Origin: an uncultured Flavobacteriales bacterium
GTDB lineage: Bacteria > Bacteroidota > Bacteroidia > Flavobacteriales_F > PHOS-HE28
Assembly (NCBI GenBank): GCA_937872175.1
Contig: CALMPI010000041.1
Span: 66,868-130,867 of the forward strand
Reading direction: 5' to 3'
DNA length: 64,000 nucleotides
Below are positions 10,513 to 20,674 of this stretch, one piece after another. The notes beneath the pieces were generated by a model. The model was given only the letters and a program-made list of their open reading frames with translations. It was not told where the DNA came from and searched no databases. Position 1 is the stretch's first letter. Each line of letters opens with the position of its first letter. A program made the position numbers and the translations under genes.

Positions 10513-11033
10513 TCGCCACCATCGTCGCCAACCTCCTGCGCTTCGTGGTGCTCATCGCCCTGCAGGTGATCGTGCTGGACCACCTCGACGTGGCGAACGG
10601 CTGGCTGGTGCCCTACCTCTACGTGCTCTTCCTGCTGATGCTGCCCTTCGAGCTGCCGGCCTGGTCCCTGCTGCTGGCCGGAGGCGCCATGGGCGGGCTG
10701 ATGGACCTGCTGAGCGACACACCGGGCATGCACACCACCGCGTGCCTCGTGATGATGTACGTGCGCGGCATCTGGCAGCGGCTCATCGCCCCACGCGAGG
10801 GATACGAGTACGGCATGCGCCCCGATGTTCAGCACATGGGCCTCTCCTGGACGCTCACCTACGCTGGGGTCCTTGTGCTCGTGCACCACCTGTGGCTGTT
10901 CTTCTTCGAACTGCACCGCTTCGACCGCGCGGGCGGCACCCTGCTGCGCGCCGTGGGCAGCGCGACCTTCACCCTGGTGCTGGTGCTGCTGGCCCAGTTC
11001 CTGATGCGCACCGACCGACGCGCCCGGGCATGA
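10509..11033 (+). CDS. mreD: Rod shape-determining protein MreD-like membrane protein
   Basis: 174-aa polytopic membrane protein between mreC and mrdA, with 4-nt overlaps at both ends. Confidence 0.7.
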   Translation: MIATIVANLLRFVVLIALQVIVLDHLDVANGWLVPYLYVLFLLMLPFELPAWSLLLAGGAMGGLMDLLSDTPGMHTTACLVMMYVRGIWQRLIAPREGYEYGMRPDVQHMGLSWTLTYAGVLVLVHHLWLFFFELHRFDRAGGTLLRAVGSATFTLVLVLLAQFLMRTDRRARA

Positions 11034-12883
11034 ACTTCGAGGAGCGCAAATACGTCCTGATCGCCGCGGTGGTCCTGATCAGCTCGGTGTTCCTGCTGCG
11101 TCTTTTCTGGGTGCAGGTGGTGGACGACCAGTGGAAGGCCGAGGCGGCGAACATCAGTGAGCGCAAGGTGACCGTTTACCCCGCGCGCGGGCTCATCCTG
11201 GACCGGAACGGCGAACTCCTGGTGGCCAATACGCCGGTGTACGACATCATGGTGGTGCCGCGCGAGGTCGTCGCCTTCGACACCAATGCCTTCGCCGCCC
11301 TGGTGGGCGTGCCCGTCGATGAGGTGAAGCGGCGAATCGCCGAGGCCGGCCGTTACAGCAGCTACAAACCCTCGGTGTTCGAGAAGCAGATCACCGCGGA
11401 CCAGTACGCCGCCATCGCGCCCCACCTGTCGAAGTACCAGGGCTTCTACGGGCAGAGCCGCACGCTGCGCACCTATCCGCGGCGCATCGCGGCGCACCTG
11501 CTCGGCTACCTGAGCGAGGTGGACGCGCGGAAGGTGGAACAGGACCCCTACTACAAACCGGGCGACGTGATCGGCGTGGGGGGGCTGGAGCAGTACTACG
11601 AGAAGGAGCTCCGCGGCCGGCGTGGCGTGAAGTACGTCGTGGTGGACGTTCACAACAAGGTGCAGGGGCCGTTCCGCGAGGGCCTGTACGACACCCTGGC
11701 GCACGAGGGCAAGCACCTGTACACCAGCATCGATGCCCGCATGCAGGCCTATGGGGAGCGCCTCATGAAGGGCAAGAAGGGCAGCATCGTGGCCATCGAA
11801 CCCGCCACGGGCGAGATCCTCTGCCTGGTGACCTCCCCCACCTACGACCCCGAGCTGCTCGTGGGCCGGGTGCGCAACACGAACTATGGCGTGCTGCAGC
11901 GCGACAGCCTGAAGCCGCTCTTCGACCGGGCGTTGCAGGCGCAGTATCCCCCCGGCTCCATCTACAAGATCGTGCAGTCGCTGCTGGCGCTGCAGGACTC
12001 GGTCATCACGCCGAACACGGGCTTCCCGTGCAACAAGGCATTGGTCGGCTGCCACGCGCATCCCAACGCCGGCACCATCCAGAGCGCGATCCAGTACTCG
12101 TGCAACCCGTACTTCTACATGGTGTTCAAGCGGCTGATGGAGCAGGGTGATCACAAGGACCGCTTCACGGCCGCCAGCATCAACCTGGACCATTGGAACA
12201 CGGGCATGCGGTCCTTCGGCCTGGGGCAGCGTCCCCGGGTCGACCTGCCTGCGCTCAAGGGGGGCAGCATCCCCGACACGAAGTTCTACGACCGCATCTA
12301 CGGCAAGGGGCGCTGGGCCTTCAGCACCATCTACAGCGTGAGCATCGGGCAGGGCGAGGTGCTGGTGGTGCCCATGCAGATGGCGAACCTGGCGGCCATC
12401 TTCGCCAACAAGGGCTGGTACCGGGACCCGCATGTGGTGCGCGCCGTGGGCCGGCCGGACAGCCTGCTGCCGCAGTGGGAGGAGAAGCATGTGACCGATG
12501 TGGATGCGCACTGGTACGACCTGATCCAGGAGGGCATGCGGCGCGTGGTGAACGAACCCGGCGGCACCGCACGGCAGGCACGCATCCCCGGCATCACCGT
12601 GTGCGGCAAGACGGGCACGGCGGAGAACCCGCACGGGCAGGACCACGCGGTGTTCGTATGCTTCGCACCGATGGAGGAGCCGCGGATCGCGATGGCCGTG
12701 TACGTGGAGAACAGCGGTTTCGGCGGCACCTGGGCGGCGCCGATCGCCAGCCTGCTCATGGAGCAGTACCTCACGGACAGCATCAGCCGGCCCGACCTGG
12801 AGCAGCGCATGCTGGAGGCCGACCTGATCGCGCAGGAGAAGTTCTTCCGCAAGAAACCCAAGCCCCCCCGGAGCCGGCGATGA
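11030..12883 (+). CDS. mrdA: Peptidoglycan D,D-transpeptidase PBP2
   Basis: Start at MNFEERKYV (ATGA overlap with mreD); a PBP dimerisation domain plus transpeptidase motifs (SIYK, SCN, KTGTA). Confidence 0.9.
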   Translation: MNFEERKYVLIAAVVLISSVFLLRLFWVQVVDDQWKAEAANISERKVTVYPARGLILDRNGELLVANTPVYDIMVVPREVVAFDTNAFAALVGVPVDEVKRRIAEAGRYSSYKPSVFEKQITADQYAAIAPHLSKYQGFYGQSRTLRTYPRRIAAHLLGYLSEVDARKVEQDPYYKPGDVIGVGGLEQYYEKELRGRRGVKYVVVDVHNKVQGPFREGLYDTLAHEGKHLYTSIDARMQAYGERLMKGKKGSIVAIEPATGEILCLVTSPTYDPELLVGRVRNTNYGVLQRDSLKPLFDRALQAQYPPGSIYKIVQSLLALQDSVITPNTGFPCNKALVGCHAHPNAGTIQSAIQYSCNPYFYMVFKRLMEQGDHKDRFTAASINLDHWNTGMRSFGLGQRPRVDLPALKGGSIPDTKFYDRIYGKGRWAFSTIYSVSIGQGEVLVVPMQMANLAAIFANKGWYRDPHVVRAVGRPDSLLPQWEEKHVTDVDAHWYDLIQEGMRRVVNEPGGTARQARIPGITVCGKTGTAENPHGQDHAVFVCFAPMEEPRIAMAVYVENSGFGGTWAAPIASLLMEQYLTDSISRPDLEQRMLEADLIAQEKFFRKKPKPPRSRR

Positions 12884-14202
12884 GCACCACACGCGACCGC
12901 ATCACGGCGCATCTGGACCCGGTGCTGGTGATCCTGTACCTGGTGCTGATGGGCGCCGGCTGGGCCAACATCTACTCCGCGGCCTACCACCCCGACCATC
13001 CCGGCCTGTTCGACCAGGGCATGGAGTACGGGCGCCAGAGCGTGTGGATCGTGGCCAGCCTGGTGCTGGGCGCCGGCATCCTCCTCATCCAGGGCCGCTT
13101 CTTCCGCGACCTCGCCTGGGCCATCTACGCGGTGGTGCTCGTCCTGCTGGCCCTGGTGCTGCTCGTGGGCAAGGAGGTGAACGGCGCCAAGGCCTGGTTC
13201 GGTGTCGGCAGCTTCGGCATCCAGCCCGCCGAGTTCGCCAAGTTCGCCACGAGCCTGGCGCTCTCCCGCTACCTCAGCGGCCTGAAGGCCCTGGCCGACC
13301 TGCGTTCGCGCGCCATCGCCACGCTCCTCATCCTGGCCCCGGTCGCCCTGATCATGCTGCAGCCCGACACGGGCACCGCGCTGGTCTCCGGTGCCTTCAT
13401 CCTGGTGCTCTATCGCGAGGGCTTGTCCGGCAACATCCTGCTGATCGCCATCGTGGCCGCGGTCCTCAGCGTGCTGGCGCTGATCCTCAAGGAGAGCAGC
13501 TTCGGCCTGCCCTTCACCGAGGTGCGGCTGGGCGGCCAGTACTTCCTCATGGCCCTGATCGCCGGGTTCGCCCTGCTGGCCTTCTGGGCGGTGCGGAACC
13601 TGGTGGTGCGGCGCTACCGCAAGCGCTTCTACGGCCTCATTCTTTTCGCGCTGCTGGGGAGCATCGGCTTCATCAGCAGCGTGGACCACCTGGTGAGCGG
13701 GCTGGCCCAGCACCAGCGCGACCGCATCCTGGTGATGCTCGGGCAGATGGAGGACCCCCAGGGGCTCGGCTACAACGTGAAGCAGAGCCAGACGGCGATC
13801 GGCAGCGGCGGTTTCTCGGGCAAGGGCTACCTGAAAGGCACCCTGACCAAATACAAGTACGTGCCCATGCAGAGCACCGACTTCATCTTCTGCACGGTGG
13901 GCGAGGAATGGGGCTTCCTGGGGACCACGACGGTGGTGCTGCTCTTCACGCTGCTCATCCTGCGGTGCATCCAGATCAGCGACCGGCAGCGGAGCCGGTT
14001 CTCGCGCATCTACGCCTACTGCGTGGCCTGCGTCTTCTTCCTGCACCTGATGATCAACGTGGGCATGACCATCGGTCTTGCGCCTGTGATCGGCATCCCA
14101 CTGCCCTTCTTCAGCTACGGCGGCAGCTCGTTGCTCGGCTTCACCATCCTGCTGGGCATCCTGGTGCGGCTGGACGCCGAACGCCTCACCCAGCTGCGCT
14201 GA
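12880..14202 (+). CDS. rodA: Rod shape-determining protein RodA (SEDS family)
   Basis: Start MSTTRDRI overlaps the mrdA stop; FtsW/RodA family conservation (QPAEFAKF, GYN...QTAIGSGG). Confidence 0.9.
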   Translation: MSTTRDRITAHLDPVLVILYLVLMGAGWANIYSAAYHPDHPGLFDQGMEYGRQSVWIVASLVLGAGILLIQGRFFRDLAWAIYAVVLVLLALVLLVGKEVNGAKAWFGVGSFGIQPAEFAKFATSLALSRYLSGLKALADLRSRAIATLLILAPVALIMLQPDTGTALVSGAFILVLYREGLSGNILLIAIVAAVLSVLALILKESSFGLPFTEVRLGGQYFLMALIAGFALLAFWAVRNLVVRRYRKRFYGLILFALLGSIGFISSVDHLVSGLAQHQRDRILVMLGQMEDPQGLGYNVKQSQTAIGSGGFSGKGYLKGTLTKYKYVPMQSTDFIFCTVGEEWGFLGTTTVVLLFTLLILRCIQISDRQRSRFSRIYAYCVACVFFLHLMINVGMTIGLAPVIGIPLPFFSYGGSSLLGFTILLGILVRLDAERLTQLR

Positions 14203-14210
14203 AACGAGGA

Positions 14211-14230
14211 GCGGGCCCCGAGAGGCCCGC
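14211..14230. terminator. GC-rich hairpin (GCGGGCC-ccgagag-GGCCCGC) between the convergent rodA and PPIase genes; no U-tract
   Basis: Inverted repeat read from the sequence; may act as a weak bidirectional terminator or a stability element. Confidence 0.35.
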
Positions 14231-14254
14231 CCGCAAAGAGGATCAGCGGTCCGC

Positions 14255-16339
14255 TCAGTAGAACCGGCTGCGTTCGTCCACCACGTTGGCGGCCTCGCGC
14301 AGGGCGCCGAACAGATTGCCCTCGGCCCGGCCCTGCATGCGCTGCAACAGGCTGGTGCGTTCGGCGTTCACGTCGGCCAGTTCGGGCGCAGGTGTCAGGG
14401 CGGTCATGTTCACCACGTACACCGCATTGTCGCCCTTGATGGGGCCGCGGGTCTCCCCGGCCGGGATGGCGAAGATGCTTCCGATGGCCTCGGTCTCGGT
14501 GAAGCCGCCGGGGATGCTGGTGGCGCTGAAGGCCAGGTCGGCGGCGTTCTGGACGGTGGTGCCCAGCTCTCCGGCCAGGGCGTTGAGGTCGGTCTTGCCC
14601 GTCATGCCGGCCATCCAGGCCTCGGCCTTCTTCTCCTTCACCGCCTCGCGGGTGAACACCTCACGCACATCATCGAGTTCGGGGCGGCCCTGGGCGCGCA
14701 CCTTGCGCAGGAGGGCCACCACGTAGCTCTCGCCCACTTCGATGGGCTCGCTGGCCTTGCCGACCTCCGCGCGGTTCACCCAGCTGATGAGGCTGAACGG
14801 CTCCTGAAGACCGGGTACGAAACGCTGATCGGCGCGCAGTTCGTCCACGTTCATGAACTGAAGCCCACGCTGCTCCGCGGCGGCCTTCATGCTGTCGACC
14901 GTGGCGTGGTTGAGGCTGAACTCGTTGGCGGTCTTGTACACCTCCTTGTAAGTGGCGGGCAACGGCTTGATGCGGCGGGTGAGGCTCACCACGCGGCGCT
15001 CATCGCGGTCGCGTTGACCCAGCACCTCCACGATGTGGTAGCCGAAAGTGGTCTTGGCGATGGTGATCGCACCGACCTTCTCATCGAAGCTCGCCTTGGT
15101 GAACTCGGGCACCATGCGGGTACGGTCGAACCACTCGTAGACGCCGCCGTTGGGCACGCTGCCGGGGTCCTCGCTGTACTTCTTCACCAGGTCCTCGAAC
15201 ACGCCCTTGTTGCGCTTCACGGCGGCGAGCACGCTGTCGGCGCGTTGCTTCACCTCATCCTCGGGCTTGCCGCTCTGGGTGCTGAGCAGGATGTGGCGCA
15301 CACGGGCCTCCTCCACCTGGGCCAGTTCCTTCACCTTCACCAGCTTGAAGTTCTGCCCCTCGCGGAACGGTCCCACCACGGTGCCCACGGCCGCGGCCTG
15401 GATCAGGCTGTCGTTGAGCGCATCGGCGGTGCCCGGGCTGTACGGGGTCACGGTGTAGCTCCGGTCCTCGCTGTTGGCGGTGATGAAGAGGGAGTCGTTG
15501 GTGGCGGCCTCCAGATCGGGCTTGAGAGCGGCCATCTCGGAGCGCAGCTGCTCGATGTCGGCGGCGGTGGCCGTCACCGGGAAGGTGACGTAGTCGAAGG
15601 CGCGCGACGGCTTCTGGACGTACCGCTTGTCGTCCTTGTGGGCCTCGTAATAGCGGCGCAGTTCCTGATCGCTGACGGTGTACAGGCTGTCCGGCTCACT
15701 GTCGTACCGCTTGGCCACGAAGTTGAACGAGGCCTTGGCGTTGCGCTGCATGTGGTCGTCCTTCACCTGGGCGGCGTTGACGAACACGCTCTTGCGCACC
15801 AGGGTGTTGTACTTCGTGATCAGCCGGTTGGTGATCATCCGGCGCTTCTGGATCTCGTGGTAGACCGGGGCATTGGTCTGCACGCTCTCGAAGTAGTTCC
15901 GGAGGGCATCCTTGCTGGGCTGTCCATCGGGCCCTTGGAAGTTGGGGTTGCCCTTGAACTCGGCCAGCACGTTGTTGCCGAAGCGGATGTCGTCGTACTC
16001 TTCCTTGCTGAGGGAGGAACCGAAGCCGGCCTCCTCGGCGCTGCGCAGCAGGGTGTGCTCACGCACCACCTCCTGCCACACGCTGTTGCGCACCTGCTCG
16101 GTCATCTGGCCGTCCACGGTCTGCCCGAAGTCGTTCCGGTAGCTGTCCAGTTCATCGCTCACGCGCTTCTCGAACTGCACCAGGGGGATCTCGTCGCCGT
16201 TGATGACACCGACGGCCTGGTCGTTGATGTTGCTGCCGCGGTTGCTGAAGAGGTCGGTGAGGATGAAGGCCACCATGGCGCCGCCCACCAGGACGAGGAG
16301 GAGGCCGCTGCGCTCACGGATCTTGCCAATGACTGCCAT
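14255..16339 (-). CDS. Periplasmic peptidyl-prolyl cis-trans isomerase, PpiD/SurA-like chaperone
   Basis: 694 aa, N-terminal TM anchor, parvulin-type PPIase segments (HILL...; FGYHIVEV). Confidence 0.8.
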   Translation of the reverse strand: MAVIGKIRERSGLLLVLVGGAMVAFILTDLFSNRGSNINDQAVGVINGDEIPLVQFEKRVSDELDSYRNDFGQTVDGQMTEQVRNSVWQEVVREHTLLRSAEEAGFGSSLSKEEYDDIRFGNNVLAEFKGNPNFQGPDGQPSKDALRNYFESVQTNAPVYHEIQKRRMITNRLITKYNTLVRKSVFVNAAQVKDDHMQRNAKASFNFVAKRYDSEPDSLYTVSDQELRRYYEAHKDDKRYVQKPSRAFDYVTFPVTATAADIEQLRSEMAALKPDLEAATNDSLFITANSEDRSYTVTPYSPGTADALNDSLIQAAAVGTVVGPFREGQNFKLVKVKELAQVEEARVRHILLSTQSGKPEDEVKQRADSVLAAVKRNKGVFEDLVKKYSEDPGSVPNGGVYEWFDRTRMVPEFTKASFDEKVGAITIAKTTFGYHIVEVLGQRDRDERRVVSLTRRIKPLPATYKEVYKTANEFSLNHATVDSMKAAAEQRGLQFMNVDELRADQRFVPGLQEPFSLISWVNRAEVGKASEPIEVGESYVVALLRKVRAQGRPELDDVREVFTREAVKEKKAEAWMAGMTGKTDLNALAGELGTTVQNAADLAFSATSIPGGFTETEAIGSIFAIPAGETRGPIKGDNAVYVVNMTALTPAPELADVNAERTSLLQRMQGRAEGNLFGALREAANVVDERSRFY

Positions 16340-16381
16340 GGGTGCTCTGTTGAAAGGGGTGCAAATATAGGCGGCTGACCC

Positions 16382-17659
16382 TTAGGGGATATAGCCCTTC
16401 ACGGGGTCGGTCACCAGCAGGCGCACCAGGTCGATGCGGCTGTGGGCGATCTGGGCCACGGTGAAGCGGAAAGGCCCCAGGTCGATCACCTGCCCCTGCT
16501 CGGGCAGCGAGCCGGTGTGGTGCAGCAGCAGGCCGGCCAGGGTGTCGTACTCCTCGCTCACCGGCAGGGCCAGTCGGTGGGCCTCCACCAGGTGCTCCAC
16601 CTCGGTGCGGGCGCTCAGCAGGAACTCGTGCTCGCCCACCCGCTCCTCGATCCCCTCACCGCTGTCGTGCTCGTCCTCGATGTCGCCCACGATGGTCTCC
16701 ACCACATCCTCGATGGTGAGCAGCCCGGCGGTGCCCCCGAACTCATCCACCACCACGGCCACATGGGTGCGCTGCTTGGTGAACTTCTGCAGGACCTCAT
16801 CGGCCGGCATGGTGCCCGGGATGAAGTCCACCGGCCGCAGCACCGAGCGGATGGTGCGTGGCTTGCGGAACATCTCGTAGCTGTGCACGTAGCCGATGAT
16901 GTTGTCGATGCTGTCCTTGTAGACCAGCATCTTGCTGAGGCCGCTCTCGGCGAAGCGCTGGTGGAGGACGCCCACGGGCTCCTCCACCTCGATGGCCTCG
17001 ATCTCGGCGCGCGGCACCATGACATCGCGGGCCTTGGTGGCGCTCAGGGCCAGGGTGTTGCGGAAGTACTCCACCTCGGCGTCCATCTGCTCGGGCCGCG
17101 GGCCGTCGGCGCTCATCTCGCGCAGGAAGGCATCGAGGTCCACCCGCCCGAAGGTGGGGCGGCGCGCCTGGCCCCTGACCCCGAAGAGCCGCAGCAGGCC
17201 CTGGCTCACCCCGGTGAGCAGCATCACGAGGGGCCAGAGCAGCACATAGAGCAGGCGCAGGGGCAGGGCGAAGAGGGCCAGGCTGTTGTTGGGGTCGATG
17301 CGGAACACGGCCTTCGGAAGGAACTCCGCCAGGATGAGGATCACCAGGGTGCTGAGGCCGGTCTGGGCCGCCAGCACGAAGAGCTCATTGGGGTGGATGC
17401 CGCGCAGCCAGGGCTCCAGGACCTGGGCGGTCACCAGGCCGAAGACCACCAGGGCGATGTTGTTGCCCACCAGCAGCGCGCCGATGACCCGTGCCGGCCT
17501 GTCCAGCAACGGCGCCACCAGGACCGCCCACCACGCGCCCTGCTTGCGCTGAAGCTCGATGTAGAGCTTGTTGCTGGTGACGAATGCGATCTCGAGCCCC
17601 GAACAGAGGGCGGACACCAACAGGCTGGTGATGAGCAGGATGACGTCGGCCGTGGCCAT
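16382..17659 (-). CDS. gldE: CNNM/CorC-HlyC family membrane protein (DUF21 + CBS pair + CorC_HlyC), GldE-like
   Basis: Start trimmed to MATADVILLITSLLVSAL; DUF21 TM region, CBS domains, and a C-terminal transporter-associated domain. Confidence 0.75.
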   Translation of the reverse strand: MATADVILLITSLLVSALCSGLEIAFVTSNKLYIELQRKQGAWWAVLVAPLLDRPARVIGALLVGNNIALVVFGLVTAQVLEPWLRGIHPNELFVLAAQTGLSTLVILILAEFLPKAVFRIDPNNSLALFALPLRLLYVLLWPLVMLLTGVSQGLLRLFGVRGQARRPTFGRVDLDAFLREMSADGPRPEQMDAEVEYFRNTLALSATKARDVMVPRAEIEAIEVEEPVGVLHQRFAESGLSKMLVYKDSIDNIIGYVHSYEMFRKPRTIRSVLRPVDFIPGTMPADEVLQKFTKQRTHVAVVVDEFGGTAGLLTIEDVVETIVGDIEDEHDSGEGIEERVGEHEFLLSARTEVEHLVEAHRLALPVSEEYDTLAGLLLHHTGSLPEQGQVIDLGPFRFTVAQIAHSRIDLVRLLVTDPVKGYIP

Positions 17660-17667
17660 GGGAGTGC

Positions 17668-17877
17668 CTAGGCCTTGCGGGCCCGGTCGTCCATGGCCTC
17701 CAGCTTGCCGCGCACCATGCGGCGCATGCCCCACATGGCCGCGGCGATCACGGGGAACCACAGCCAGCGCGCACCCTCCTGCCAGCCGTTCACGGCGATG
17801 GCCCAGATGGCGGCCAGCAGGGTGCCGATGGCCACGGCGAGCCAGAAATGCTCCATGAAGCGGTGGACCTTGCGCAT
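17668..17877 (-). CDS. Small membrane protein (69 aa), hypothetical
   Basis: Two hydrophobic helices, good GC3 bias, stop 9 nt upstream of the gldE-like start. Confidence 0.45.
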   Translation of the reverse strand: MRKVHRFMEHFWLAVAIGTLLAAIWAIAVNGWQEGARWLWFPVIAAAMWGMRRMVRGKLEAMDDRARKA

Positions 17878-17883
17878 GGCGGG

Positions 17884-18468
17884 TCAGGGGGCCTGGGTGG
17901 CGAAGGTATCGCCCGTGGCGACAACGAAGGTGCCGGTGATGCGCGTGATGGTGTAGCGGCTGAAGTCCTCATTGGCCTCCAGGCCCACCCCATGGATGAC
18001 GTCGGTGCCGCGGGCGATGCGGACCGGCCGGTCGGTGTGCACCCGTCCGCTGTCCTGGCGCCACACCAGGTGCTCGGTCTCCAGCCGTTCGCCGCGGGCG
18101 TTGGTGAACACCACGTTCTCGCTGACCTCCATGCGCTTCTCGGCCGGCAGGATCACGCCACGACGGGCGGTGAGCACGCTGCCGGGCCTGCCGGTGCGAT
18201 CGAAGAACGTCAGCTCCAGTCCCTCGCTCAGCTCGGTGCGGCGCCTGTCCTTGGCGAGGTGCTCGGCGATGCGGCCGGCACGCAGCCGGTTCTGCAGGCG
18301 CCCGCTGTCGGTGAAGAGGTACTCCGCATCGCTGGTGATGCGGTCCGGCGCGTCGGCGGCCACCTCCACGGCGGCCACACGGTCCAGGTCGTTGGTGCAG
18401 GCCACCGGCAAGGTGGCCAGTGCGCCGAGGACGAGCCAGGGCAGGGGGCGGCCCGCGCCCGGGGTCAT
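17884..18468 (-). CDS. LptC-like / OstA-N-fold periplasmic protein (possible lipoprotein, LPVAC)
   Basis: ~195 aa, N-terminal anchor/lipobox, beta-rich; ATGA overlap with the upstream outer-membrane-protein gene. Confidence 0.5.
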   Translation of the reverse strand: MTPGAGRPLPWLVLGALATLPVACTNDLDRVAAVEVAADAPDRITSDAEYLFTDSGRLQNRLRAGRIAEHLAKDRRRTELSEGLELTFFDRTGRPGSVLTARRGVILPAEKRMEVSENVVFTNARGERLETEHLVWRQDSGRVHTDRPVRIARGTDVIHGVGLEANEDFSRYTITRITGTFVVATGDTFATQAP

Positions 18469-19820
18469 TCGATGCGGCGCTTTCGGAACCACACCTCGCG
18501 GATATCCGGGGTGATGGTGAAGCCCACGTACAGGTCGAGGAAGCCCTCGCTGATCCGACCCGCCGAGGGGGTGGTGCGCTGGCCCAGGTCCGCTCCGATG
18601 GTGAAGCGCGAGCGCGTCATCGAGCCCATCAGGGGCAGCGACAGTCCGGCGCTCACCGCGGTCTCGCGCAAGGCCTCACCGCCCACGCGGAGGTAATCCT
18701 GAGCATGGCGCAGGCCAAGGCGATAGGTGGTGCGGCCCAGGAAGGAGCCGTTGCGCAGGCCGAGGGGGGTCCAGGCCGCGCCGACGGCATAGGCCATGCT
18801 CGGCCCCAGATCCTCCGGCAGGGTGTAGCCCTCCACGTCCAGGCGCAGGCTGCTCCAATCACGCAGACGGGCCTCGGCCGTCACGGTCCAGGTGGGGCTC
18901 ACGAGCCCCACGCCCAGCCCCCAGGCGGTGGGAAGGCCTACGCTCCCGCGAGCCCCGTCCGAGAAGACGATGGTGTCGCGAAAGGTCTCCACCCCCGTGG
19001 TGGTGGCCGTGAAGGAGTTCACGAGCTCGGTGCGGCGCGCGCTGATGGCCAGGCCGGGGTCGACGCTCAGGGCCACGGTGTAGCGGAGCGGCTCCTCGTC
19101 CAGCGTGGTGCGGCGGCGCAGATCGCCGAGGTATTGCAGGCCGATGGTGGCCCCGGGGCCCCGCATCACCAGCGAGGAGAAGGCCTGGGTGTTGAGGTAG
19201 TTGGCGCCCTCGGGGTAGTAGGCCTTGCGGGTGCGCTCGATGCCCCCGAAGAGGTACACGAAATTCGCCCCGGCGGTGAGCTTGTGCCCGTTGCCCAGGG
19301 AGTCGCGCTTCTGCCACACCGTGGCCCCCACTCCGGCGAAGGCCTTGTTCAGGCCACCGGAACCCTCGTACGTGTAGCGGACGGTGTTTCCGTCGGGCAG
19401 GGTGCCACTGTCGCTGATGCGGTAGCCGACATCAGTGAACGGGGAAAGGCCCAGCGCAAGACCGGCCTTGCCTCTGGCGAAGGGGATCCCGACGCTGAGG
19501 CCCAGGGGCCGCACGGCGCTGCGCTGCTGTTCACCTTCATCGGAACGCAGACGCACCCAGCGGGCCAGGCCTCCGATCTCGAAGGTGGGCTTCAGCAGAT
19601 GGGCGTAACTGGCGGGCTGCTGGGCACTGACGCTGTAGGGATCGGTGGCGGCCACGCCCACCCCGCCCATGGCGGCCTGCACCACCTGGTTGGTGTTCAG
19701 CAGGTCGCCGAAGCCGTATGAGCTGTAAGGGGACTCATCGCTCTCCTGCGCCTGCATCGGTCGCAGGCCCGCCAGTCCCAGGACCGCGAGGATGGAGGCG
19801 GTGATGCGCGAGCAGGACAT
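18465..19820 (-). CDS. Outer-membrane beta-barrel protein, hypothetical
   Basis: Signal peptide (ILAVLGLAGLRPMQA/QE), alternating beta-strand pattern, and a C-terminal aromatic-rich end. Confidence 0.6.
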   Translation of the reverse strand: MSCSRITASILAVLGLAGLRPMQAQESDESPYSSYGFGDLLNTNQVVQAAMGGVGVAATDPYSVSAQQPASYAHLLKPTFEIGGLARWVRLRSDEGEQQRSAVRPLGLSVGIPFARGKAGLALGLSPFTDVGYRISDSGTLPDGNTVRYTYEGSGGLNKAFAGVGATVWQKRDSLGNGHKLTAGANFVYLFGGIERTRKAYYPEGANYLNTQAFSSLVMRGPGATIGLQYLGDLRRRTTLDEEPLRYTVALSVDPGLAISARRTELVNSFTATTTGVETFRDTIVFSDGARGSVGLPTAWGLGVGLVSPTWTVTAEARLRDWSSLRLDVEGYTLPEDLGPSMAYAVGAAWTPLGLRNGSFLGRTTYRLGLRHAQDYLRVGGEALRETAVSAGLSLPLMGSMTRSRFTIGADLGQRTTPSAGRISEGFLDLYVGFTITPDIREVWFRKRRIE

Positions 19821-20538
19821 GGAGGCCACGAAGGGTCAGGAGCGGGTCGGCAAAGATGCCACTTTTGAGGGCCGCAGCGTAGCCGGGCGCGGCACCGCCG
19901 GTGAGCACAACGGCCAGGTCGGGGTGTTGTTGCCGCAACTCGCCGATCATTCCGCTCAATTCGAACCGCACGCCGTGGTGGATGCCGGAGGCCAGGCCTC
20001 CCTGCGTGTCGGCACCCACGAGGGCCGGTCGACCGGGATCCTCCACCAGGGGGAGGCGCGCGCTGTACCGATGCATGGCCTGGCCGCGCATTCGGGGCCC
20101 TGGGCTGATGGCCCCGCCCACGAAGCCCGACCCGGGAAGCACGAGATCGTAGGTGATGCAGGTGCCCAGGTCGATGGCCAGGGCGGGACGATGGGGGAAC
20201 AGGTGGTGCAACGCGGCCGCGTTGGCCAGGCGGTCCACCCCCAAGGTGCCGGGGCTCGCATAGGCGTTGGGCACAGGCGCGGGCGAGCCACCGGTGAGCT
20301 CCACCACGGGAGCATGCGGGTGGAGCAGCGGCAGCAGCGGGGCGACCGGAGCGCCCACCGAAGCCACCGCGATGTGCAGGGGACGGTCGGCGCCCAGGAA
20401 GTCGCGCAGCACCAGCGGGCCGAGCCGCTCCACCCGGGTGAAGCGCAGCACCCGGGTGCCGCGGAACAGCGCCAGCTTCACCCGCGAGTTGCCGATGTCG
20501 ACCACCAGGTCGAGGTCGGGTTGGTCCGTGGATCCCAT
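19735..20538 (-). CDS. coaX: Type III pantothenate kinase
   Basis: VVDIGNSRVKLALF and DxGT...; the C-terminal ~25 aa is questionable. Confidence 0.85.
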   Translation of the reverse strand: MGSTDQPDLDLVVDIGNSRVKLALFRGTRVLRFTRVERLGPLVLRDFLGADRPLHIAVASVGAPVAPLLPLLHPHAPVVELTGGSPAPVPNAYASPGTLGVDRLANAAALHHLFPHRPALAIDLGTCITYDLVLPGSGFVGGAISPGPRMRGQAMHRYSARLPLVEDPGRPALVGADTQGGLASGIHHGVRFELSGMIGELRQQHPDLAVVLTGGAAPGYAAALKSGIFADPLLTLRGLHVLLAHHRLHPRGPGTGGPATDAGAGER

Positions 20539-20540
20539 CC

Positions 20541-20553
20541 TCCTATCTTTGCC
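20541..20553 (+). promoter_or_regulatory. Bacteroidota-type -7 element TATCTTTG (TAnnTTTG) upstream of tRNA-Phe
   Basis: cctatctttgccg lies ~45 nt upstream of the mature tRNA 5' end. Confidence 0.45.
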
Positions 20554-20598
20554 GCCCTTGTCCGCCGTCCTGTTCGGCAGGAAGCGGGCGAAACATAG

Positions 20599-20674
<76 letters not shown>

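Noticed and set aside
10859-14046. 677-aa and 571-aa minus-strand ORFs antisense to mrdA and rodA
   Set aside because: Same high-GC antisense artefact; mrdA and rodA are strongly supported.
8558-14202. Chain of 4-nt ATGA overlaps in mreB-mreC-mreD-mrdA-rodA as something unusual
   Set aside because: Standard translational coupling in the conserved cell-shape operon.
14906-17671. 490-aa and 409-aa plus-strand ORFs antisense to the PPIase and gldE-like genes
   Set aside because: Low-complexity; sense-strand genes have clear domains.
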